This document shows, in pieces, positions 28,201 through 38,857 of a DNA stretch of 64,000 bases; the stretch's first letter is position 1, and each line of letters starts with the position of its first letter. Under the pieces are notes generated by a model. That model was not told the origin of the DNA, did no database searches, and saw nothing but the letters and a program-made list of their open reading frames with translations. Made by a program: the position numbers and the translations under genes. The DNA comes from Halocafeteria seosinensis (taxonomy: Eukaryota), in assembly GCA_001687465.1 (NCBI GenBank), contig LVLI01000249.1, forward strand, positions 62,001 through 126,000, given 5' to 3'.

Positions 28201-29106
28201 TTGAAGAATTTAGGTAATGCATTTCGACAATTGGGAGATGCACAACGGGCGACAGAGTGTCAAAAGCAAGCGCTATCCATCGAAAAAGAGTACTACGGAG
28301 CGACGCATGTGGAAGTAGCTCGTACGTGGGGGAATTTAGGCATTGCATTGCGACAATTAGGTTATGCACAAGGTGCCAAAGAGTGTTTGGAAGAAGCATT
28401 GTCCATCAAGAAAGAGTATTATGTAACAACTCACGTGGAAGTGGCTAAGACGTTGGAGTGCTTAGGCAATGCATTATCTGATTTAGGAGATGCACAAGGT
28501 GCAAAAGAGAATCACGAACAAGCATTATTCATAAAGAAAGAGTATTACGGAGAGAATCATGTGGAAATGGCAATAACAATGGGGAATTTAGGCACTGCAT
28601 TAAGACAATTAGGTTGTGCGCAACGTGCAAAAGAGTTATATGAACATGCTTTATCGATCAAGAAAGCGTATTACGGAGAGGGTCATGTGGAAGTCGCTAA
28701 GACATTGGAGTGCTTAGGCATTACATTGTCTGATTTAGGGTATGTGCAACTGGCGAAACAGCTTTTGGAACAAGTGGTATCCGTCAAGAAATGGTATTAT
28801 GGTGAGACTCACGAATTTGTTGGCAAGTCGCTACTCACTCTAGCTAGTGTTGAGCGGGCGTTGCAGCATTTATACAGCACCAGACGATGTTTCCAGGAGG
28901 CATTTTCCATACTCATGCCTCTATATGGAAGCGATAGTCACACGTTTGCGGAGGCTCTCGCCAGAGCGGGGGATGACTTATGGACGCTAGGGGACGTAGA
29001 AACATCGCAAGAATGCTATCGGGAGGCTCTACCGATGTTGAGATGGTGGTGGAGTGCTGATGACGAAAGAGTCGTTGCCATGGAGAATGCATTGAGGAAT
29101 TATTGA
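25246..29106 (+). CDS. NB-ARC (STAND NTPase)-TPR NLR-like protein with N-terminal hydrophobic segments; single uninterrupted ORF
   Basis: Walker A GMGGIGKT, Walker B FLIVYDNV, sensor VIVTSR, GLPL-type GDLPLAL and MHD-like LHPVLQ. More than ten TPRs at the C-terminus. The true start codon is uncertain. Confidence 0.9.
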   Translation: MIILTGSPDSMVMCSSNAVPNSGKLPTAYSHALKILVPLLLALMISTTTAMEPDVNPLDSVGYLRGLTGGGSGSFSMFLRSRVHSTWGKIVISLLGIVIPSATYKLGNALYRSIKLRHIRSEHPFHAKLIDRVGLSAETYSDMVDVNARPQPPDDAGRPSAQPLLPQATPSQVFYDFVNRLLQRLKWRGNRPLDVAVQEKSFDKRSHRLLVNTLAKALQHNPRWQQQKLLYWVCGRLLPSRLMNEEQFEQNIFYDWMELLKKEDESIWTSLERKPVSKYLSSRGDARSPYSMRTGARFTMPYEFNGPSPNKAFVKREELLQQMRVWALEGINQDGRCLLILEGMGGIGKTQLAIYFFHNPPIEYDMRIWLFAATTDYLQSQYVDVYVAYRKQYEPSLQYLSEADPLEERASHVLSWLNHSGVERRFLIVYDNVTSKETIEPWLPSEASRHHVIVTSRNRSDWVTSSAYTGESDEIVDVNEMSRDESRELMSSYLGPESHSEGFSLEGLAALFGDLPLALTQAVYYMKKQRVDALSYKEQYENDRKRLLGTGIGFSLSAAHEPVLVTYNVILRELYDTFPQALELLKHLAWMASQQVPEELARYLVGRFPGISSVEAAFPHLRTTLEEYGLIRVDNVTHQISLHPVLQVVVCVLQTESDMSLSVSHWLTCCDVVNQLVDEYDSKGSLEYRYLLSHAEALHEQSNNICNLSLQARARRRQQWCSLSSYSSLNSRWWCFSSSMPPSREGEALKIEPWCLGRIYKGIGHFKKEKRYYEHVLSVKRVLYANKQSHPGMAMAMNQLGNAMLSTGEYQEAKHYFEQALRINKKIYKENHPKVLDTRENLAEAMQSLGDAQRAKEYYQHVLSIRREQQEQSQQMGQGSPEYEHANWNASYGSKELATTLFGLGNALKALGDAKNAKECYKEALCMRRNLYADPNHPAIAAVLWSLGNALSKLGDAEGAKEHLKQALSIEKEYYGENHVEVAKTLKNLGNAFRQLGDAQRATECQKQALSIEKEYYGATHVEVARTWGNLGIALRQLGYAQGAKECLEEALSIKKEYYVTTHVEVAKTLECLGNALSDLGDAQGAKENHEQALFIKKEYYGENHVEMAITMGNLGTALRQLGCAQRAKELYEHALSIKKAYYGEGHVEVAKTLECLGITLSDLGYVQLAKQLLEQVVSVKKWYYGETHEFVGKSLLTLASVERALQHLYSTRRCFQEAFSILMPLYGSDSHTFAEALARAGDDLWTLGDVETSQECYREALPMLRWWWSADDERVVAMENALRNY
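28060..28820 (+). repeat. Tandem 126-bp (42-aa) TPR-coding repeats
   Basis: About six units of the type VAKTLxxLGxALxxLGxAQxAKExxEQALSIKKEYYGENHVE, with clear nucleotide-level similarity. Confidence 0.88.
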
Positions 29107-30557
29107 AGCGAAATGTACTGGAACATTTATTGTTTGGATTAACTGTCAGTCACGTTGATCCGCCACAACGTGAAGATGTTGGACCGGTTCCGGGTAGGGT
29201 TCGCCTCTCACACGGCGTAGCGTAGCCTGTAGCAGGCACGTCTTCCGGTAGGAGCGATGCCAATACACACCCGTTTGGATTGGATTGGGAATCCCAAATT
29301 TGGGATTGGATTGGGTTCACGGTACAGAACGCGAGTCTCGAAGTGCTGCGTTCAGCACTAGCAGTCAACGAAGAAATGTCATAACATACTTGCTTGGTTT
29401 AGTTAGTTAGTATTATTGGTCGGTGCGCTACATACACATGCATACACTAAACTACAAGTCTAGGCGCCTACACAGACCTCTGGTACAATGCGCATGACGG
29501 GTTGAGCCACCGTGTAGAGTTTGATCCACTGGTTCTAATACAGCAAATAGCAAATGCCGAAGTACTATCCGTCCCAACAATAGCACCCTTTAGTTGCACC
29601 AGGCGCCACTAGCGGCAAAGTACTCTTCCACATTCAAAATTATAGTCTGGCCCAATGTCCTTTCAAACTACACCCATGTAGGATTTCAGCCCTGCTTTTT
29701 CTGTACTTGCCGGAATGTCGGGCAGCTACCTGCAGCAGCTGAAGTGACGTTGAGCAACCCCCGAAATAAGTACGAGTAGTTACGAGTGGTATCAGTACCC
29801 GACGGGTAGTTCAGTCGTCTATTAAACAATACCGGGTAGAGAACGATTTAAGAATGTACAGTTCTACATTATAGAGTGATTACAGTTTCGGGCATAATTT
29901 GCCGCAAAACGTTTGAATACTCTGATGTAGTTAGCCGATCTGCGAAGCAATTATTCTATGGTAACCTCCACCACTTGCGGGAGTCCCGGGCAGTTATTTG
30001 GAGAACAAAGGTTCTGGTTGCATTCCCAATCCCGATGTTGAGATGTTCTTCGTGTGGTTCATGTAGACTGCTGGACTGTATTTCAATATTATACAGTCTG
30101 TGTACAATGTTTCGCATTCTCCCGACTTTCACTTTATGCGACTTGTTAAGGACAGTGCAATTGAGTCTCTGGATATCAAACGCAGCCATACAAATTCACC
30201 ACGTTGTAAGAGTCCCAAATCTACGCCCTTACGACTGCAGTTTGGCTCGGTTTATCATTCTAGCGGTGTAGATTCTATGCCAGCCTGCAGAAATGCGAAG
30301 TTCCAAATTTCAAATTCAAAACACGTCCAGAACTTCACACAGGGGCTGCTAAGCTGCTGCTCCCTCTGCCTTGTATACGTGACTTGTATACGTCACGTAT
30401 AATACGTGCTGTTGTTAATGTTCTCCCATCGTAGCTTAAATTACAACGTTCAGGGTAATAACTCATCCGTCTATTGCGTGTAACAGCGGAGAGAGGTGTA
30501 TATTTCCGGGTGACTTTTTTTTTGAATTTCTCCTCGTGTTAATATAAAAGCTATACG

Positions 30558-31396
30558 ATGGTCTCCAAGGTCCAACAAGCCATTGAGGAGCAGCGGCGCC
30601 GGGTAAAGGAGGCGCAGGACAAGAGTGTGGAAAACATCTACAAACGACGAATGAACTCTCCTGAGCAACCGCGAACTCGAACGCCAGCTTCTTCCGGATC
30701 CAGCAGCAGGAAATCCAGGCGGAAGTCCACCAACGGCAGCGCCAGCACGCCCGGGAGTCGTTCGACGACGTCTTCCGCTCATCGCAGAAAGAATTCCACT
30801 CCTAAGAAGAAGTCGAATGTTGGGGTACGTGTGCTATTATAGATGGCAACCTGGTCCTCTGTGCACAAGTAAGTATGATGGTTTGACTTCTGGTTTACAG
30901 CTAGAGGAAGCTACGGAGGAAGCTACGGCAGCAGTCAAAGAAAGGCTCGAGCAAAAATCACTCGAAATTAAGCAGGGAAGTCGAAGTCGATCCATTTCTC
31001 GAAGGGTATCTGATTCCCAAAGGGTAAGTGCGTGCGTGTGTAACGGTTAATCAAAGACTATGCTCAGGAACTTTTTCTCCTTGCCATGGTCAGACAACTG
31101 CGCGCGGACAACAAAAGAGGAAGCAAGATACAACAACAAGAGGAATAGAGGAAAAGGGAAGCAACGTGAATTCGTGGGGATTAATACTTGCCTGTTCATT
31201 GTCATTCGGGGTACTATTCTTTTCATTAACGCATGTTATTGTCGATCCTACATCAAGGAATAGCCTGGCGCCCCCATACCAGGCAGTGCACAATGCTTTA
31301 CCCGTTGCCATAGCAAATTCGATCGGAGCAGACGGGTTTGTAAACTTTATTATCGGGTTATTTGTTGGCGCCATCGTAGGATTCTTTAAGTCATAA
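30558..31396 (+). CDS. Hypothetical basic Ser/Arg-rich protein with two C-terminal transmembrane segments (3 exons)
   Basis: ATG at 30558. GT-AG introns link MVSKVQQ... / LEEATEE...SQR / TTARG...WGLILACSLSFGVLFFSL...FVNFIIGLFVGAIVGFFKS*. Confidence 0.65.
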
Positions 31397-31421
31397 GGAA
31401 TACCACGTCACCTTAGCAATT

Positions 31422-33693
31422 TTATAACCCAAGCGCTTGACCCCATTTCATAGCTGTTTCATACGCCATTCGTGATATCCGCATACTTATATTTTGTGAG
31501 TCTTGACGAACGTCGTCTTGATCTGCAGAGGAAGATAAAGGAGAATAAAATTCCTCATCGTCTCCTTCGTTTTCATCAGGGCTACTAGGGGAATCCTGTT
31601 TCTCACTCGTGCCCTGTGTATGGTGAAGTCGCCCATTGAAATACACGTACTCAGTTTCTCCGCTGTACATGTCACTGCTAGCGGGCGTCCTCCGCTTTCC
31701 ACGGGAGCCCGGCATTTTACGTTTGGACTTTGAAGGAGTGTTTTTAATTTCTGAGGCTTCCAGCGCCGCAGGACGGCGAGAAGGTAGCTTCCGTCGTTGG
31801 GTAGAAGTCTGCTCCCCTTCTTCTTCATCGTCATCAGAAAGAGCTTGAACCCTGGGTAAACCGAGTCGGATTGGGCCCTTCACACTGTGGATGTCCACTG
31901 GCATACTCTTTTGGAAGATTTCAATTGTGCCCTGTTTCTGCATATCCGCAGCCACCTGGCGAACCTTGTCCATGAGTCTCTTGCTTCTGTTTCCAGCGTA
32001 TTGTTGTGCGGCTTCCCACGGGCAGATAGTCTTGTGTGATCCTCTTTGTTCACACAGGCTGAGAATCACATCTTGTAGCTCTCTTTCCTCCGTGTCTACA
32101 GCAGCACGTTTTGCTTTCTTGTTCGATGGACTTCTTGCTGCAGGCCCCTTGATTGATGAACCCGGAGTGGACCTCTTAGAAGCTCTTTTCCTGGAGGCCC
32201 GAGACGCTAGCGGAGAAACAATCTCCACCGACTCTTCCGATGATGGTGAATCCGCAGTTCCCTCCGACAGTGTTTTACTTGCTGTATCTTCTCCGCTTTG
32301 TCCGTCATTAGTAGTATGTCTACCCTTTTTACTTGAAGCTCGCCTTGCTCCAGCGTGGCCACCAGATCCCCTGCCGCCTCTTACTGGAGCCCTCTTCCGC
32401 GGTGTACGACTCGAAACTACCTCCACCGAATCATCCGCCTCTTGCGAGCCTACGCTCTCTCTGGCGCGTTTCTTTATTCTCTTGGCTCCCTCAGGTTCTT
32501 TGCTCTTTGAAGCAGCTGTGCTAGCTGCTGAAGGGGGATTGTGTAGCTTCCTCAGTGATTCAGGAGTCTCCTTAAAGAGTTTTAGAAAGGCGTCGTAATC
32601 AATCTTGTCCTCAGGAGCAAGCGAGTATATGAGTTTTGTAAACTTCGCCAAGGGCTGAGGTAAACCTTGGGTCAGTTCTTCAACTGGTGTATCCTTCTTA
32701 CACTGGATCAACGCATCTTGATCCTCGCAATTTTTCCAAGGCAATTCTCCGGTATAAAGATCAATAAGTACGAAAGCAAGGGATTGAAGGTCGTTACGGG
32801 GATGCTTATCTGAGAAGACAAGCAAAATTATTGTTTCAAAATTAAACAGATAAATGGCGCAGTTCAAGGACACTTACTCGCTCCTGCGTGGGCAAAACGA
32901 GAAATGTAATTTGGCGTGCCATTCTCTTGTCCTCCTTCAGCTGCATCAAATCCTTTATATCTCATTGCGCATCCAAAATCGACGAGATGAGCTTGCGCTT
33001 CCTTAGGGGTTCCTTTTAACCCAAGCATAATATTCTCCGGTTTCATATCCACATACACCCAGCCTTTTTGATGGAACTGCTTGAATACTTCGAGCTGAGG
33101 AAACCAAAGCGAAGCATCACATTAAAAAAAAGTCATTTCTTTTCCGACCATCTGAGCAACATGAAGATATATGTATGCAATGAGGCAACGTACCATTTGA
33201 TAAGCGATTGTCGAAACTGCATCATAATCTAATGTACCCCTTTCGCCTGCAACTTTTTCAATGCTGGGGCCGAGTTGCTCCATGACCAAGTACCGGAATC
33301 CCTCGCACTCCCCGTAGCAATTGAGTGGATCCACGTCCGGGGTACCCTTGATGTTCTTGAGCCATTGTGTGTAGACAATGCGTTCATGCGAAAGCGAGAT
33401 CGCCGCTTGCGTTTCCGGGATTTTTTTGCTCTTTTTCGGCACTTTTTCCGGCGCAATTTTCGCCGTTTTCAGAGCATAATGCTTCCGATCTTGCTTATCT
33501 TTATGCGTCTCCTTGATGTCGAAAGCTGCAGCCATCATGGCGTGTGTATACGGGCTCGGGGAATTCTAACTTCAAAAAATGGCGCCCAACTCTGGAAGTC
33601 AAGTTTCTTACCTTCATACACGCTCCCAAAGGTGCCTTCTCCCAATTTCGCCCCCACCACCCACTTCTTTAGTGTCCTCCCTGTCAGAGCCAT
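31422..33693 (-). CDS. CK1/VRK-like Ser/Thr kinase with a C-terminal DUF3253-like domain (4 exons)
   Basis: GEGTFGSVY, YALK, YLVMEQLGPS, YVDMKPEN, LVDFG, GTPNYIS and RNDLQSL..GELPW. The tail contains ILSLCEQRG..KTICP.EAA...GTIEIFQK...KGPIRL. Confidence 0.85.
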
Positions 33694-34192
33694 TGTCCTC
33701 GTTGGGGTTGGCTTGTGTGAATAGAGCAGGGAAAAGAGCTCTCCGGCAGCCGTTAAGTGCGCCTTATGCACGCTCTCTACAGTGTCCAGAGGCACCTACA
33801 CACTATTCGTGGTCGTATTCAATAAATTCACACTTATTGTCCATGCGGATACATACACTATGACAAACACCAAAAATATGTCTTCTCTACGGGTACGCAA
33901 GTGGTTCTTTACTCGTCGTTGGAACGGGCGCCAAAAAAAAAAAACTTTATGAAACTTCTTCGAAAATTCATTTGAAACGCGTGGAAGGTCCGAAGAAAAG
34001 AGAAGGGAACACCAAAATGCTCGATACCATCTCTGCAGTGCGATGAGAGATAAATGTTCCCTACTCAATATATTGAAGTCTGGTTCGATGAGTCTTGGAA
34101 CCTGAGGGAGCATGTTGTTCCCACGTTTTGCAGTTCAAATTACGCAGATCTATAATATTTAGTAAAGCATCGGGGTACGCGGCAAGGTATGT

Positions 34193-37100
34193 CTACGTGG
34201 AAGCGGGTGATCTTTGGCGACTGATAGGTGAAGGGTTAGTCGATGGGTGCGAAGTGCTGGTCGGGTTGAAACGTAGCGACACTGACCATGCATCATTTTG
34301 CCATTTCGGTATTGCTGATTGACTGCGCTGATAGCCATATCCTCCGCTAATATTCAAGCGATACGTGTGGTTCTCGATGTGGGAAGCATTGAAAGAAGTA
34401 CTAATGCGACCTCCGATTCCAAATAAACTTCCGAAATCCCCAAGTTCTTTCCATCTCCAAATCTGTGTCTCATTGCAGAACTCTAGCGCCCATAAATCCG
34501 ACAAATACGATTGACGCCACGTCGTTGGGTTGCCTTCACCACCAAATAAAAGAGCAATGGAGCTCATAACCGACGTACCACTTAGCCGTCTTGGAGCCGG
34601 AAACCGACCATCGGAAAGGGACTGTGGTTCTAATTTAGTCCATTCATGACCACCTCTGCACATGGGCAATATTTCTAGTCTCCATAAATCTTGCAAGTAT
34701 GTTGGTTTGCTTTCGTCCGGATGTTTCCCATAACCGCCGTGCAAAAACAGCACATCATCGACTATCCAAGTAGCGCTGTCCCGCCTTTCGGTGGGAGGGG
34801 AGTTACCATTTTCATCAAGTCTCGACCATTCCGACATATCCATGTCATACTTCCATAGGTCATTGAGAAGACCATACCGGCCATTGGCAACGAAATCGCT
34901 TTGACCTCCAAAGAGGTACTGCTCGCTGCCAAGGGACCACCAAGAAGCGAACCCTCGAAAACAGGGAGCATCGCCTTCCGAAACTTCCACATAAGAAGTC
35001 GTATTGCTGGAATCCGAGCACCACATGTCGTTACGATAGGCGTAACGACGATTGCTGTTCCTTGAAAAATACGAGTCTAGTCCGCCAAAGATGCACACCT
35101 TCTCGTGATGCCAAAACAAAGCATATCCCATTCGATCTTTTACATTCAGGTACAATTTTGTAAGCTGGTCTCGTTGAAGCTCACGGGAAACCCTTCCCTG
35201 TGTTTTAAATTGCGCCTGGAAGTAAAGAAATGCTCGTTCCATCTCATCCGACCCAGAATCCTCTGTCTTGGAGACCGCCAAAGTGTCTTGGTGTAGTGCT
35301 GAAGGTGTTGCCAAATTGTGCAATACACAAGTCTCACGGGAGCCTGTGCCAAGGACAAAAAACGATAACGGAACAGGGATAGCTCAACTTCTTCAGATAC
35401 TTGAGAACACCACAAAATGACGCACCTGTCGCATCCGACCACTGTCTATTTGACAAAGAAGAGCATCCGTAAGTGGGGGTCAGTAATGGAGTAGGAGAGG
35501 GAGCAGCTGGGGATAATTGGAACTGTAGAATGGGCAGATTTTGATTGGTTGTATTGCCACTACTTCCCTGAACGGTCCAGACATCGTCGGACCACACTTG
35601 GTCCCCATCAGAGTGGTATAGGCGCCCAATGATATCTGTCAGATTAATAGAATTCCCTTCAGCTGAGAGCTTGTCGTATCCTGACGGGATCGACCCTGCC
35701 AATGGTCCCCCATTGTATACAGACCACTTTACTTCAGTGGTCCCAGCACCATCCCATATCGATCCTATAATACCCCCAGCCCCTTCCCCTATCCTACCAG
35801 ATGCGTACGTAGTGCTGATGTTTACATTTTCCTGCGTAGCATCATTGAATCCTCCTGTTCTAGCTCCAGTAATACCTCCTGCTAGATCGCCACTAATGTT
35901 TCCCCTCGTATAACAGTCTATAATATGTACCTGGCCGTAGAATCGCCCTGTATCCTCTCCACTGATGCCACCACTATGATTTCCACTTATTCGGCCAGTA
36001 CTATAGCATTCCTTGACGTAGACAAACCCTTTATGACTACCAGCACTAGCGCCTACGATGCCACCACTCGCCACACCTTGAATATGTCCAGTGGAATACG
36101 ATTGAGTAACATACACTTGACCATCGTTGAACCCAGCAGTAAAACCACAAATACCACCTGCGTACGCTCCTTCAATATTCCCAGTGGAATAACAACCCGT
36201 GATGTTGACCATCCCACGATCGTGTTCTCCCATGCGTCCTGCAATACCACCAGCATGATCACCCTGTATCCTCCCTGTCGACCACGAATTCGATATCTGG
36301 ACTTGACCATAATTGTGGCCACTTCGCGAACCACATATACCACCACCCATTCCTCTAATAACTCCTGATGAGCTACATGAGTCGACCCTGAAAAATCTCT
36401 GCTGTTGTTGGACGATAAATCCACCACTTGATGCAGTGGCACCGTTTCTCACATCAATATTCCGAATCGACGGAGCTTCTTCAAACCTATCAACTTTACC
36501 ATCGATCGTAAACACCCCGCGAAATCCTCGAATACCCCCTAAATCAATGAAGTATCCATGTTCTCGACCGCCAGCGAAAGTTTCATTGATACCCAAAGAA
36601 ATGTAGTCCCCTCTTGTATAGCCGTGGTCCTTCCACACCAACGTGCTGCAATTTAACTCAAACAATTTCTCGCTGGGGGTAAAGTGAAAGCATGGTTCGT
36701 TTCCATCGATGATAGATCCTCGCAGGTCCGTTGCTGCACTTGACTGAAGGGACACACACAGAGTGGTCATTGTCATGAACGCAGTAATTTGTGCAACATG
36801 CGACCACAAAGCACCAGGTGCCCACTTCCATTGTCCCAGTTTCAAAACAGACGAACACTTGGCCGGGGGTGGTCTCTTTAGAAATTTTAACGATGGTGGT
36901 TTCCGAAATAATTCTTTTTGCTTCGAAGACCGCCATGGCAGAAGAGACCGCACGAGAAAAAGGCCGAATAGAACCAACAAGAACTGTCGGAGCTGAAACA
37001 GTACATCTCCCCCACCCAGAAGCACTGAATTTATCGCCTCAGTGCAAGCAAAGTCCGGGAAAACAGAGGCAGTGGATTGCCTGAACTGCAGTGTAACAAG

Positions 37101-37421
37101 AAATTGCCGGCTTCTCCGACGGCATGGACGGTCAACTTTCGACGAGCTTGTAGAATTAGGAGATAGAAGTGAACTTTGGTCGTAGAACGCCTCTGCAATG
37201 CTTTGTCCAAGAAGTTGAAACATCGCAGCTCCGATCTTAGAGCGCGCAATATTGTATCGCCTTCCGTACTTAGAAAACGCTACGTCCGTCGAACAGTGAC
37301 CATGAAGACGCATGCCACTGACATGCTGCACCGAGAGCATGCTTCCCAGATGCTGTTCTGGGAGTTCCTGACCCAGTGCCATCATGTGGCACAAGAGGAG
37401 GACGATCAAACTTGGGATCAT
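34193..37421 (-). CDS. Large secreted or membrane protein with GLUG-like Gly-rich repeats, an S/P/T linker and a Kelch beta-propeller
   Basis: Repeated C(Y/S)STGxIxGxxAGGIxG units, then Kelch blades (LFGG...NDLWKY, LHGG...DLWRL, LFGG...DLWAL). An 82-nt GT-AG intron at 35344-35425 joins the two ORFs in frame. A signal-like start MIPSLIVLLLCHMMALG is at 37421; both gene ends are uncertain. Confidence 0.75.
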
Positions 37422-37894
37422 CCTTTTCTTGGCATTCGCCAAAGTTCGTGCGGAACTAGTTGCAACTTGCGATTCTCGAGTAGCTAGAGTGTATTTTTCT
37501 ACACAACACCCAGAGGAAAAAGGATGCTTCTTGCCGGCAGATATGGCTCTTACAGACAAACCACAGTAAAGGACATTGAGAAACGTCGATGATGCGCTGG
37601 AAACGTTTTTTGTGAAGTTTCCGCAGGGAACTGCAGCATGATACATGTTACCGCTCTCGGGTACAAGTGTGGGCAAAAAGGGGGAACAAAGAGCATTTCT
37701 ATGGTACAAGGTATGGTGGCAACACATATAGCAATCATAACTGGACGGTTAACCATTCTCCATGATTCTCTGATGCAACAACTTCGTTTGAGTGCGCAGC
37801 ACATGTGCTTACCACTGCAACTCTACAACCAGTAAGCCCCAAGGAGCGGCAACAAGGTACGTCTGCCTACATGACAACACTGAGCATAGTGGGA

Positions 37895-38060
37895 CTAGGT
37901 GGAAGTGCCTCCCGGTAGTTTCGAAGTTCTGCTCGTGTTGAAACGCAGATACATTGACCATGCATCCTTTCGCCATGCGGGGATGGTCGACTGAGCATGT
38001 CGATATCCATATCCTCCACAGAATTTCAAACGATATGTCTGGTCCACTTGCTGATACACC
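37895..38060 (-). pseudogene. Fragment paralogous to the C-terminus of the Kelch domain
   Basis: YRLKFCGGYGYRHAQSTIPAWRKDAWSMYLRFN here, versus YRLNISGGYGYQRSQSAIPKWQNDAWSVSLRFN at about 34265-34365. The surrounding frames are broken. Confidence 0.7.
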
Positions 38061-38857
38061 TGCATCGCCAGTGGTACTACTCTTCGGAAGACCATTGGCA
38101 GAGAGACGCGGAGTACGGGATGCCCTTTGTAGATAGCGACTCCGCTGCAGAATGTTATTGTTTAATGAGGCAGCGACGATTCGCGGTATTTGAGTACAAA
38201 AGACCAACGTGGTAGGCGAAGTGTCCCGCGAAACTATTGGTCCCAACAAGGAAGCAGTTACAACTCGAGCCGAATGAACCTACACAGGGAGCCCATGCAC
38301 TAGCTTCATCGCACTTTTTGGCATCGACGCAACGATACATGCATTTATGTCCGGTGGTGTGTGCGCACCAAATCATTCTTCTTATCAGAGGTACCTACTA
38401 GCTACGCTCCTCCTCTTCTGACATCCATCCATTGTGTGCGCGATGATTTATTACAATTGTATTCTTGCGGCAGCTAGCAAGAGTAAAGATGGCGAGAAGT
38501 TTTCACCTTATCATCTGCATTTCGGTTTAGTGAGAAGCGAGGGACGCAATTATGGTGCCTCCGATTCCCACACGAGCATCGGCTTGTCTATCGCTTTGGG
38601 CTTCCACTGGAGCATTCTCCCAGTTTGAAACGTCTCCTCTAGGGCGTCATCATGGGAACGAGAATGATGATTCGAAACCGGAAACTGGACCTGTTATCAG
38701 TCTGACGCAATGAACCCACGGTTTCCCAATTTTCCTAGTTGAACCGGATCTTTCCAAGAGCATTTGGTGTTCAGTCACCTTGTTTCGCGGCGGCAGCAGC
38801 TTCTGCTCCATCTTGCTCTACGTTCTCCATAGCACCTTCATAAGAGCTTCCTTGTTG

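Noticed and set aside
28060..28820. Regular repeats considered as a CRISPR-like array
   Set aside because: They are in-frame 126-bp coding repeats with no unique spacers and no cas genes, in a eukaryotic context.
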